Positions 19,550-28,127 of a stretch of 64,000 bases of DNA are shown in pieces. Both the position numbers and the translations under genes were made by a program. The notes beneath the pieces were generated by a model. It saw only the letters and a list, made by a program, of their open reading frames with translations, did no database searches and was not told the origin of the DNA. The DNA comes from a virus, in IMG/VR virus record IMGVR_UViG_3300042922_000542, positions 1 through 64,000 of that record, one strand, 5' to 3'. Each line of letters opens with the position of its first letter. Within the stretch, counting starts at the first letter, position 1.

Positions 19550-19951
19550 TTATTCATAATTAAAATGGAGTTCGGAATTAGATAAATATATTCGATCTAT
19601 TATTATATCATCCATAATATTTATACCATATGAGATACTCTTTACGCCTAATATTTCATCACATATTTCATCTCCATTAAACATTTGAACATTGATTACT
19701 TTTCGATCCATCAATGCTTGACGAATTATATCAAATTTTTCATGAAAGTCGTTAACTGTGACATTTCTAATGATTAATGCATTTGATATCATTTTGCTTA
19801 AACTATTTGCCACTGTGAGACTATCATCTCGGTATCGTACGGCCGATACTACCGGGGATTGAGGTAGGGATGTTGGATCTATATTAATATTAGGCACCAC
19901 ATCTAATGTCATCGTCACCATTGGTTCGATTATTATTTTTACACGTGTCAT
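19550..19951 (-). CDS. hypothetical small protein (about 133 aa) within the radical-SAM cluster
   Basis: The track start is 19972. Met8 at 19951 has AAAGGGG about 10 nt upstream. It overlaps the 3' end of the upstream radical-SAM gene by about 62 nt. Confidence 0.6.
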   Translation of the reverse strand: MTRVKIIIEPMVTMTLDVVPNINIDPTSLPQSPVVSAVRYRDDSLTVANSLSKMISNALIIRNVTVNDFHEKFDIIRQALMDRKVINVQMFNGDEICDEILGVKSISYGINIMDDIIIDRIYLSNSELHFNYE

Positions 19952-21224
19952 TGCATGAACACCCCTTTTCATTTATCATACGAGAAACTTTTTCTGTTAT
20001 TAATAATTCATGTAATTCTAATAAATGTTGTAGCGTTATTATTTGACCTTCCGTAAAATTATCAGTTAGAAGTCTACCCATTTCTTGCAAAACTGTAATT
20101 GAGACTTCGTGATCTCTATGAATTTTACCAAATAGTCGTTCATATACATAAATCGATAATTCCATTTCAACCTCTAATAATTTACAATACTTAGGAAAAC
20201 CATATGCGATATTTCCATTTTCTATATAATTAATAGCCATACAGCTCTTGCAGTTATAATTCTTACATTCAGAACATGCCTTGTATCCAGTCATATATTT
20301 TTTATACATCTCTTCATATGGTGCACATTTTAATGTATTTATACCATTAAATACATCACCAATTATAGTATCTGGGTCATTCATGAATGCATGGCATGGA
20401 TATATATAACCATCTGGAGCTACAGTGCAAAATGATACACCCGCACCGCATGTTTTATCGGCATGTCGCTCTTTATATACCATTGATGAAAATTGTTTAT
20501 AATTCCCTCCACTATTTTCACAATCCTCAATGATTGCATTGGCAATATGGGTATATTGCTCTCTAAATATAACATAATCATTTTCATCCCAATTCTCTTC
20601 ATGAAGAGGCATAAACCATATCTTATCAAATCTTAAGATATTTTTAAAGAAGATGTATGACTCATGTGCATATGGTAATGTTGCTTTGGTTATAACACTA
20701 TGCACTGATAATTTATTAGATGGAATGTCTAATTTATCAAATAATGCTCTAAGTTTTTTTATCGTCTCTATTATATTATGAGATGAACCATTACCCGCAT
20801 GATCAATTCTTTGCAGATCATTAATCCTAGGAATTGAATCAAATGATAATTGAATTGAAAAACTTTCAGGATTATTTACCCACCAATTGGTTAGAAATTG
20901 TTCGTATTCATTATTGTATAATACACCATTTGTTATCAATTCACTATTATATTTCAAACCATGTTTTTTACATTGATCCATAGCATAATTGAATATGTGG
21001 TTCATAGTATTTATATTGAGTGTAGGCTCCCCTCCAAAATATGACACACTAATACTTGTTTTATTATTAACTAAAGCATCATGGATAAGTAAATCAATTG
21101 TTTTTTCACCAATCTCATTACTCATAAATTTACCCTTTGATGAATTATTTTTTTCAAAACAATATTTACAATTAAGATTACATGTGTCTGTTAATAGTAT
21201 CGATGCACTCGTAAATGATGACAT
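19890..21224 (-). CDS. radical SAM / SPASM-like enzyme (444 aa)
   Basis: RBS AGGAGG. CNLNCKYC at nt 21159-21182. CGAGVSFCTVAPDGYIYPC ... CSECKNYNCKSC, plus a C-terminal helical extension ending in GCSCNDTC. Confidence 0.85.
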   Translation of the reverse strand: MSSFTSASILLTDTCNLNCKYCFEKNNSSKGKFMSNEIGEKTIDLLIHDALVNNKTSISVSYFGGEPTLNINTMNHIFNYAMDQCKKHGLKYNSELITNGVLYNNEYEQFLTNWWVNNPESFSIQLSFDSIPRINDLQRIDHAGNGSSHNIIETIKKLRALFDKLDIPSNKLSVHSVITKATLPYAHESYIFFKNILRFDKIWFMPLHEENWDENDYVIFREQYTHIANAIIEDCENSGGNYKQFSSMVYKERHADKTCGAGVSFCTVAPDGYIYPCHAFMNDPDTIIGDVFNGINTLKCAPYEEMYKKYMTGYKACSECKNYNCKSCMAINYIENGNIAYGFPKYCKLLEVEMELSIYVYERLFGKIHRDHEVSITVLQEMGRLLTDNFTEGQIITLQHLLELHELLITEKVSRMINEKGCSCNDTCKNNNRTNGDDDIRCGA

Positions 21225-21286
21225 TTATTACGCCTCCTGATAATTATAGAAATTAATATTGTATGTTGTTTAAGATTCCTATATTT

Positions 21287-21319
21287 AAATAGTTAATCCG
21301 ATTGTCGGATTAACTATTT
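21287..21319 (-). terminator. terminator hairpin overlapping the tail-fibre stop codon
   Basis: aaatagttaatccg-attgt-cggattaactattt, a 14-bp perfect stem. Confidence 0.65.
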
Positions 21320-23634
21320 AAAATTAATATTTTTACTCTTTGAATATCTTCCGTATCTTTATTCTCTAATGCCTTACCTATTATAGATCCTGGAATACTT
21401 GATACTGAACTTTTTCCAACGCCTTTGATAGACGATGTTGTTATTAAATCTCCAGCTTTAACCTTGCCGGTAATATATGCAGATACTCTTCCTGTTAATC
21501 CTATAGGTATATTTCTTTCTAAGTTTTCCTCAGTGGTATATCCTTCTTCCAAACCTAATAAATATCCATATGTATCAGATACTACACCAACAACCAATGT
21601 CGAATATTCACCAGTGCTTTTTCGATAATTACCAGTTTCTGGATTTAATTCTATAATATCGCCAGGTTTAAAATCTTCAGACATATCATCCTTTTTAAAT
21701 AACTCGGCAACGTCACCCCATACTGCATTCTGAACTAAAGAGCCTGTTATGGTACCGGTAACTGTTAAATTACCAGTGATCGTTCCGCCAGTGAGTGGTA
21801 AATATGGATGGGTGTGTCCATTATCAGATTTATTATTCCATGCTGCTATTTGAGCATCTGTTACAAATCTATTAGTAGTATTTTGAGTTATAATCGATGC
21901 TGGGTGGCTCGCAGGATGTTGATATGAATATGGAGCGAGTTTAGATGCCAAAGCTTGTAGTTGTTCCACCGTGGATCTACTACTAATAGAATCGATTATA
22001 GTTGCAAATGATACATCAGTTGGTGCTGCAGCAGCACTAGTCATATTTCCTTTAATAGAAAATGCAGGTATATCTGCTAATTTTATATTCGTTACAGCTT
22101 TATCTCGTATTTTTGTAGTTAATATAGATAAATCTGCAATATTATAATCAGTTACAGCATTCATTTGAATTTTATGATTATTTACACAACCCTCACCCAA
22201 TTCATCGGAAGTTATAGTAAATGCAGCAATCTTTATACCAGTAACAGCCCTATCTGCAATAGCTGGCGTTTTAACGGACCCTTGCAATATATGATAATCG
22301 CGTATTGCATTACCAGCTATCTTTGAAGCAATGATCGTCCCATCTAATAAGTGATTATACATTACATTATTATCAGCTATATGTTCGGCAAGAATTGCAC
22401 CTGCTTTAATATCAACACTGTCCGCAACGGCTTTGTATGCTAAGTTTTGTAATCCTGTAACGTGTATTTCATCAACTACCGTACTGACATCACCATTTAT
22501 CATGTATGATATAGAACCATTATTTGAACCAGATCCTATCTCTATAGATTGTATAAATCTGCCATCAGCTTCAGCTTTACTGTATACATCTGTAGCCTGT
22601 GGTAGTGCTGCCACATTTATTGATAGACCGTTAGGTGTTTCAGAAAAATAAGTTGCATCATATTTTGATATTGTGAAATCCTGTATATCCCACCAATAAT
22701 TATCACCATCATGTTTACATGCAGCAATTGCACTATAATTAGAATTTTCTTTATTTTTAATCAGATATATATGTCTTTGTAATAATGGCGATGCCATCGG
22801 TAAATCTGAAACTTTATTTACAATATCAATAAATTCAACGTAGTCAGTTAAATCAGGTCCAACTATGGTATCAACATATGATGTCACGAAGTCAACTACT
22901 GCTTTAGATGATGGATATTTAACATCATCATAGTTTGTAGTATGTGATATAGTCACTGATTTGTTAGCAATATTTTCTTTAGCTGCAAATAATGGTCCAT
23001 GTGAAAATGGATTTGTCAAATGTGTTGTATAATCATTTAATAAATTAACCATTCTGGCATCTAGTAAATCAATACTATCGTTTAATTCAGTTTGTACATT
23101 AGATAATGCATTACGTATATCACTATGTGCTGTATTGCTAGTATCATGAATACCAATAATATTATTAATTGTATTTGAAACACTACCATCCGAATCTAAT
23201 TGATCTATTGTAACGTTGTGAGGATTATTAAAATTTGCAAGATGTGCGGTTAATGATGATAGGTCTATATTAAAATTATAATTTTCTAATATCGACATTA
23301 CTGCATTTCTCTGATTATATGATAATGGCTTCTCCAAATCAGATGTATTGTTAACCCGACCGAGTCCTATATCTTCAGATGTAATATTAATATCGCCGTA
23401 CATCCCATTTACAGATGTTACTGGGAATGTAATATATCCAATACCACCTTCTTTTATTTCTTCACGTATATCATCTAGTATTTGACGTAATGTTATTTCG
23501 TTCGCATCCTGTTGGTCATATATAGCATCTAATACACTTCTAGGCCAAATTATATCGGCCATACTAGTACTCGGATTATTCTCATCATCAAATACAATTT
23601 GATCGCGGATAACTTTATTCCTAATATTATTCAT
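21310..23634 (-). CDS. tail fibre protein with probable C-terminal intramolecular-chaperone / autoproteolytic domain
   Basis: I prefer Met9 (AGGAGG 9 nt upstream). It has NNPHNVTIDQL, reiterated A(V/I)TxxKIAxxxI repeats and GGTITGNLTVTGTITG. The C-terminal segment (VVGVVSD...GLTGRVSAYITGKVKAGDLITTS) resembles the Peptidase_G2/IMC type as I remember it. Confidence 0.75.
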   Translation of the reverse strand: MNNIRNKVIRDQIVFDDENNPSTSMADIIWPRSVLDAIYDQQDANEITLRQILDDIREEIKEGGIGYITFPVTSVNGMYGDINITSEDIGLGRVNNTSDLEKPLSYNQRNAVMSILENYNFNIDLSSLTAHLANFNNPHNVTIDQLDSDGSVSNTINNIIGIHDTSNTAHSDIRNALSNVQTELNDSIDLLDARMVNLLNDYTTHLTNPFSHGPLFAAKENIANKSVTISHTTNYDDVKYPSSKAVVDFVTSYVDTIVGPDLTDYVEFIDIVNKVSDLPMASPLLQRHIYLIKNKENSNYSAIAACKHDGDNYWWDIQDFTISKYDATYFSETPNGLSINVAALPQATDVYSKAEADGRFIQSIEIGSGSNNGSISYMINGDVSTVVDEIHVTGLQNLAYKAVADSVDIKAGAILAEHIADNNVMYNHLLDGTIIASKIAGNAIRDYHILQGSVKTPAIADRAVTGIKIAAFTITSDELGEGCVNNHKIQMNAVTDYNIADLSILTTKIRDKAVTNIKLADIPAFSIKGNMTSAAAAPTDVSFATIIDSISSRSTVEQLQALASKLAPYSYQHPASHPASIITQNTTNRFVTDAQIAAWNNKSDNGHTHPYLPLTGGTITGNLTVTGTITGSLVQNAVWGDVAELFKKDDMSEDFKPGDIIELNPETGNYRKSTGEYSTLVVGVVSDTYGYLLGLEEGYTTEENLERNIPIGLTGRVSAYITGKVKAGDLITTSSIKGVGKSSVSSIPGSIIGKALENKDTEDIQRVKILILNS

Positions 23635-23776
23635 TGTTATCATCCTCCTATATGTCATAAAATATAATTATTACTCTAATTTATATTAAACAAATGGTTT
23701 GAGTGCTGATGAAGAAAAGCAAAAAAATGAATTATTTAGATTATATATTATTCTATAAATATACCATAAAATCATA

Positions 23777-23785
23777 TGGTATAAT
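23777..23785 (+). promoter_or_regulatory. extended -10 element TGgTATAAT (host sigma-70/sigma-A type)
   Basis: catatGGTATAATaaat lies 22 nt upstream of the ATG at 23808. No convincing -35. In an AT-rich genome this could arise by chance. Confidence 0.35.
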
Positions 23786-23807
23786 AAATAAAATGGAGGC
23801 ATCGCAG

Positions 23808-24179
23808 ATGAAAATATCAATTAAACGAGTATCACTTGAAAATAATATGGATGTTATAAACTATATAACTAAAGGTATGAGACCATCCAAAGAAGATTTC
23901 AATACAATGATAGGTAAAATACAGGCTGTAGATCCAAATCGAAATGTATTTAATACGAGTCTTAGTGTTGAAGAGTTAAAATTAATTTATGAGAATAAAA
24001 AAGAAAATGAGAATCGTGCAGCAATATTTGGATTATTACTAGCGTCGATGGCATTTTTATTTGGTGTTAAAAAGGGAAAAGAGGTTGGGTTTGAAGAATG
24101 CCGAGAACAATATGATGAAAGGGTAAACGATGCACTCGATTCGGCGGGACTTGGTAGAATAACGATTAAAACATTCTAA
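23808..24179 (+). CDS. hypothetical protein with one C-terminal transmembrane segment
   Basis: The track ORF starts at GTG 23703. GGAGG lies 8 nt upstream of ATG 23808. The hydrophobic stretch is AAIFGLLLASMAFLFGV. Confidence 0.65.
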   Translation: MKISIKRVSLENNMDVINYITKGMRPSKEDFNTMIGKIQAVDPNRNVFNTSLSVEELKLIYENKKENENRAAIFGLLLASMAFLFGVKKGKEVGFEECREQYDERVNDALDSAGLGRITIKTF

Positions 24180-24183
24180 AAAA

Positions 24184-24208
24184 ATAAGGTGGTTAATAGC
24201 CACCTTAT
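24184..24208. terminator. bidirectional terminator hairpin
   Basis: ataaggtgg-ttaatag-ccaccttat followed by a T-run. Confidence 0.7.
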
Positions 24209-24218
24209 TTTATTTTTT

Positions 24219-24449
24219 TTATTTTATATTAAGCATATTAATATTTGTATTAGCAGTGTTGACATATATTTTCATATCACCAATTAAAACTTTAAATATA
24301 GTCCCGCATGGGAGTAATGCTATACCAGCATCGCCTGTAAATTTTTGCCCGTTAGCTAATGTTATAACTGCAATGGGTCCTGATACTTCATCATTTTCTA
24401 TATCCAATCTTGCAGCAATAATAGGTATGTCTTTAATATTTGTACCCAT
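24219..24449 (-). CDS. hypothetical small protein (76 aa)
   Basis: ATG 24449 overlaps the upstream stop as TAATG. The track uses an upstream GTG instead. Confidence 0.6.
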   Translation of the reverse strand: MGTNIKDIPIIAARLDIENDEVSGPIAVITLANGQKFTGDAGIALLPCGTIFKVLIGDMKIYVNTANTNINMLNIK

Positions 24450-24736
24450 TAATTCATCCACCACCTATCATCTCGAATATTACCATCGTCTTTATCGTAG
24501 GTATTAAATATACTGGGTACTTCATGTTTATTATATGTATTATATGTATTTACTACTTCATTTTCATCATATGTTATATCATCATCACTATTAGAATCAC
24601 ATTCATTGGCCATTTCATCTTCTTCATATAATTTATCAATAAATAATTCACATGCCGATTGTTTTGTACATTCGTAGCATTCATTAGTAGTCGTTTTTAT
24701 ATTTAAATGTGTGCAATTGAATGCTAATCTATCCAT
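24449..24736 (-). CDS. hypothetical acidic, Cys-containing small protein (95 aa)
   Basis: AAGGAG lies 8 nt upstream of ATG 24736. Contains CTHLN...CYECTKQSAC and an acidic tail. Confidence 0.6.
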   Translation of the reverse strand: MDRLAFNCTHLNIKTTTNECYECTKQSACELFIDKLYEEDEMANECDSNSDDDITYDENEVVNTYNTYNKHEVPSIFNTYDKDDGNIRDDRWWMN

Positions 24737-24756
24737 AATTACAACTCCTTGTGCCA

Positions 24757-25263
24757 TCATACCATTAATACAGAATCCATATTTTTTCTAGCGTATGTTA
24801 AAAATTTATATTGTAGACCTGTTGTAGATGTAAGAATTTCGCTAGATTTGACTAATTCGAATGTATCGTCATTAAAATTTGGCATGAATATATCGGCTTT
24901 AAATGTTGATTGTATTTGAGTGATCAATAATATGTCACACAAAGGGAGAAACTGTTTATATATCATGGAGCCTCCAATAACATATATGTCTTCATTAGAA
25001 TTCTTATATGCGTCATGGAACCCCTTAATTGAATCAAATTGTTCAATATCATCTCCAAGTAATGTGTCAGATGACGAGATAACTATATGATGCCTGTTTT
25101 TTAATGGCTTATGTAATGATTCATATGTACGTCTTCCCATCAATATTTTATGATGCTCCGTCATACATTTAAAATATCTAAGATCTTCTGGAAGACTCCA
25201 TGGCAATTTGCCATTGTTTCCAATTTCACGATTTAATCCCATTGCTCCAATCAATATAAACAT
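24757..25263 (-). CDS. folA: dihydrofolate reductase
   Basis: IGNNGKLPWSLPEDLRYFKCMT...LMGRRTYESL, a typical DHFR N-terminal signature. The gene is adjacent to thyA. Confidence 0.9.
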   Translation of the reverse strand: MFILIGAMGLNREIGNNGKLPWSLPEDLRYFKCMTEHHKILMGRRTYESLHKPLKNRHHIVISSSDTLLGDDIEQFDSIKGFHDAYKNSNEDIYVIGGSMIYKQFLPLCDILLITQIQSTFKADIFMPNFNDDTFELVKSSEILTSTTGLQYKFLTYARKNMDSVLMV

Positions 25264-25291
25264 AATTATCTCCTTATATATTTATTAATTA

Positions 25292-26080
25292 TTATACAGC
25301 AGCTTTACCTAGGTCAAGCTTGCCAGCATTTTGATAATTTTCTAAAACAAAGTCTTCAGCTTTAAATGCATAGAAATCGGTTGTATCATTTTTTATAATC
25401 AATTTTGGTGCATCATATCTAGGTCTTGTCAATTGTTCTTTTAATCCATCGATTTGATTTTCATAAATATGTGCATTATTTATTACATGAGTCAATGTGC
25501 CAACTTGTAAACCGCTCGATTGAGCTAACATGTGAACTAATACTGCAAATTGGCTAGTATTGAATGGCACACCTAATCCCCAGTCGGCACTACGTTGTAC
25601 CAACATACAATTCAGTTTACCCCATGCTACATCAAACATTGTTAAGAAACAACAAGGTGGAAGATTGCATTCAGGTAAATGTGGTATTTGCCATAAGTTT
25701 ACCATCATTCTTCTATCCTGTGGATTATTTCTTAAACTATCTAAAAGATTATCAATTTGATTGTACTTCTTAACAACAAATCCATATGATTCGCCGATTG
25801 TATTGTCTTCACGAGCCCATGAATCCCATATATGTATACCTTGGTTTTGTAATAAACTTACATCATTTGATTGCTGTTGATATATCCATAACATTTCTTT
25901 GACGGCAGTTTTAAATGCAACTGTTTTTGTAGTTAGTATAGGAAATTCCTCAGCTAAATTAAACTGCATTATTTGATGCGGCAATTTCCATGTTTTAATT
26001 CCAGTTCTGTTTTGATCAAAATATCCAGCATCAATAATGTTCTGTCCAATATTTAAATATTGATCATCGTATTTACTCAT
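25292..26080 (-). CDS. thyA: thymidylate synthase (ThyA family)
   Basis: NRTGIKTW, catalytic-loop LPPCC (normally PPCH), and QRSADWGLGVPFNTSQFAVLVHMLAQ. Confidence 0.9.
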   Translation of the reverse strand: MSKYDDQYLNIGQNIIDAGYFDQNRTGIKTWKLPHQIMQFNLAEEFPILTTKTVAFKTAVKEMLWIYQQQSNDVSLLQNQGIHIWDSWAREDNTIGESYGFVVKKYNQIDNLLDSLRNNPQDRRMMVNLWQIPHLPECNLPPCCFLTMFDVAWGKLNCMLVQRSADWGLGVPFNTSQFAVLVHMLAQSSGLQVGTLTHVINNAHIYENQIDGLKEQLTRPRYDAPKLIIKNDTTDFYAFKAEDFVLENYQNAGKLDLGKAAV

Positions 26081-26165
26081 AGTCTAGCTCCTTTATAAAA
26101 ATAATTTGTAAATTAATATTAAACGGGAAACCCCAATTATGAGGTTCCCCATTTTCTTATATTTT

Positions 26166-26735
26166 TTATTTTGTAATTACTTTGCCGCTCTGATCTCTTC
26201 TAACTTTTGTTTGAAGATGTGATGGCACTGGAGATTTAACTCTAACTTGAACGCTATCTTGAGTTGTTATTTCGGCTGTACCAACAACTTCTTTACTCTT
26301 GATATCACGAACTGTAATAGTCTTTGTTTTGCCTTTTACTGGCATTAAGTAAACTGATCCGCCAAAATCTTTTTGGTCAGCTAATGGTAATTTCTTACCA
26401 GTTCTCAACCACTCTGTTACAATTGCAGGTATCGCCTGAGCTAAACCGCTTGTAGCTATTTCGGATGTATTCAATACAGCAGCTTCTGATTTTTGTGGGT
26501 ATTTTGCATTGTCCAATGTTTTCTTCGCATCCGCAACAAATAATTCGCTTATGTTCTTTTCAACTTCTTTACCCTGAGCTTTATCATATGACTTAACCAT
26601 GAATTCTTTGTCATTAGCTAATGCATTTACAAAGGATCCAAATGTTTGAGATGAAAATGCTCCTTTTCCTGTAAGTGTTGTAGTGGCGTTATTTTCGCCT
26701 TTGATTTGTGTTAAAACTTCCATTACTGATTTCAT
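26166..26735 (-). CDS. hypothetical protein (189 aa), probably highly expressed
   Basis: Strong RBS TAGGAGGAAAAATT-ATG. No motif recognised. Confidence 0.75.
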   Translation of the reverse strand: MKSVMEVLTQIKGENNATTTLTGKGAFSSQTFGSFVNALANDKEFMVKSYDKAQGKEVEKNISELFVADAKKTLDNAKYPQKSEAAVLNTSEIATSGLAQAIPAIVTEWLRTGKKLPLADQKDFGGSVYLMPVKGKTKTITVRDIKSKEVVGTAEITTQDSVQVRVKSPVPSHLQTKVRRDQSGKVITK

Positions 26736-26875
26736 AATTTTTCCTCCTAGGATTTTTAATTGTATTTTAAGGACTTACACTACTAGTACTATGCTTAAAT
26801 ATTTTTAATATAAATAATATTTAATTGAAATACTTGCATGTATCCCTGTATCTTATTATAGAATATATAAGTATA

Positions 26876-26911
26876 TTTTAAGATAGCCGGAAGAACCCGG
26901 CTATCTTAAAA
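26876..26911 (-). terminator. terminator hairpin
   Basis: ttttaagatagccgg-aagaac-ccggctatcttaaaa, a 15-bp stem. Confidence 0.7.
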
Positions 26912-26918
26912 TCTAACA

Positions 26919-27338
26919 TTATTCCTTGCGAGACTGCTGTTCCTTCATCATATCTTTGAATTCATTTCCCATGTTTATTATTATATCATATTCCTTATTA
27001 GCATCTGCGATATCCTTTAATATATTACTATATTTAACTTCAATACTAGATATTCTTTCCATGATATCATTAATATCTGATTGTTGTATTTTAATATCCG
27101 AAAGGACTATTCTTAAAATTGCGTCAAGTTTTAGTAATGTCATTTCTTGAATGTAAATATCACGTTGACGATTTAATTCACTGATACGCTGTTTGATAGC
27201 TTTTTCTTTTTCCATGAATACTGTCTGTTCATCGATTTTGCTGAGCAGTTCACGTTGATCTTTTTGTATTAATAATGTTATAATAGAAAATATTCCTGTG
27301 AATAGGGCTACAATTACAGTTGCAACATTCGGATCCAT
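26919..27338 (-). CDS. membrane-anchored coiled-coil protein (139 aa)
   Basis: N-terminal hydrophobic segment VATVIVALFTGIFSIITLLI, then heptad-like charged sequence. Confidence 0.7.
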   Translation of the reverse strand: MDPNVATVIVALFTGIFSIITLLIQKDQRELLSKIDEQTVFMEKEKAIKQRISELNRQRDIYIQEMTLLKLDAILRIVLSDIKIQQSDINDIMERISSIEVKYSNILKDIADANKEYDIIINMGNEFKDMMKEQQSRKE

Positions 27339-27377
27339 AGATATATCAACCTTCTTTCCTTAAATATTCAAATCGTT

Positions 27378-27995
27378 CTAGCTATCACATGATGTCGTTA
27401 ACCGATATAATCTGATTAATGAACTAAAATAGTCTTGCCTATAGTTGATATATACCGTTATGGCTAATATTAGGACAAATACTATTAATAAATATGATAT
27501 TATAAATACAAACGAAAATTCATTTATTGCATCGAATTCCATGCTAAATACAATTAGAAGTCTCTTTGATCCATCATTGGTAGTTATCCAACTCCAAAAT
27601 ATATCCTCACTATGGTCATCTATAGTAAATTGATATTTCCCGGATTCTAAAGAATTTAATAATTTAAATAAATCAGAATTATCCTTGATACTGAAATCTT
27701 CAAATTGCTCTGGACAGGCTCGATGTAAATTATATTGTTCGTCATATATAGCTATTTTTCGATGAGGAATGTTGTCGATATATTCTATCATTGATGAACA
27801 CGTAGCGTCTATATCATTTGTATCAGAATTAATTATTATTGTCTTTAACATTGTCAGTACAGCAGAACTGCTATTATCTTTATAGCGTTCAATATAATTA
27901 TTCCACAATATCATTAAAATAATAACTAATAAATTTATCGCAACCACTGATAGAGCAATTGCCCATCTAATTAATTTAAGCCGCATTTTCCCCAT
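27378..27995 (-). CDS. two-pass membrane protein with about 130-aa extracytoplasmic loop (205 aa)
   Basis: Hydrophobic segments WAIALSVVAINLLVIILMILW and FVFIISYLLIVFVLILAITVYI flank a soluble domain. Confidence 0.7.
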   Translation of the reverse strand: MGKMRLKLIRWAIALSVVAINLLVIILMILWNNYIERYKDNSSSAVLTMLKTIIINSDTNDIDATCSSMIEYIDNIPHRKIAIYDEQYNLHRACPEQFEDFSIKDNSDLFKLLNSLESGKYQFTIDDHSEDIFWSWITTNDGSKRLLIVFSMEFDAINEFSFVFIISYLLIVFVLILAITVYINYRQDYFSSLIRLYRLTTSCDS

Positions 27996-28096
27996 AAAGT
28001 TTGAACCACCCCATCTATGCTTTTTAATATCATTTTATATTAATATTCTGTGATTATCTATAGAGCCCACATTTTGTTTAAATTAAAATTAAAAAA

Positions 28097-28124
28097 TTAT
28101 GAGGGGAGTTGTATCCCCTCATAA
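28097..28124 (-). terminator. terminator hairpin
   Basis: ttatgagggga-gttgta-tcccctcataa with a T-run downstream on the minus strand. Confidence 0.75.
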
Positions 28125-28127
28125 CTT

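Noticed and set aside
23703-23807. GTG-initiated 5' extension of ORF 23703-24179
   Set aside because: No RBS at 23703. GGAGG sits 8 nt before ATG 23808, and an extended -10-like element lies inside the putative extension.
25292-26080. The ThyA homologue as a dUMP/dCMP hydroxymethylase (catalytic loop reads PPCC instead of PPCH)
   Set aside because: The adjacent DHFR gene argues for a true thymidylate synthase, because only that reaction generates dihydrofolate. The remaining ThyA motifs are canonical. This cannot be fully excluded without biochemistry.
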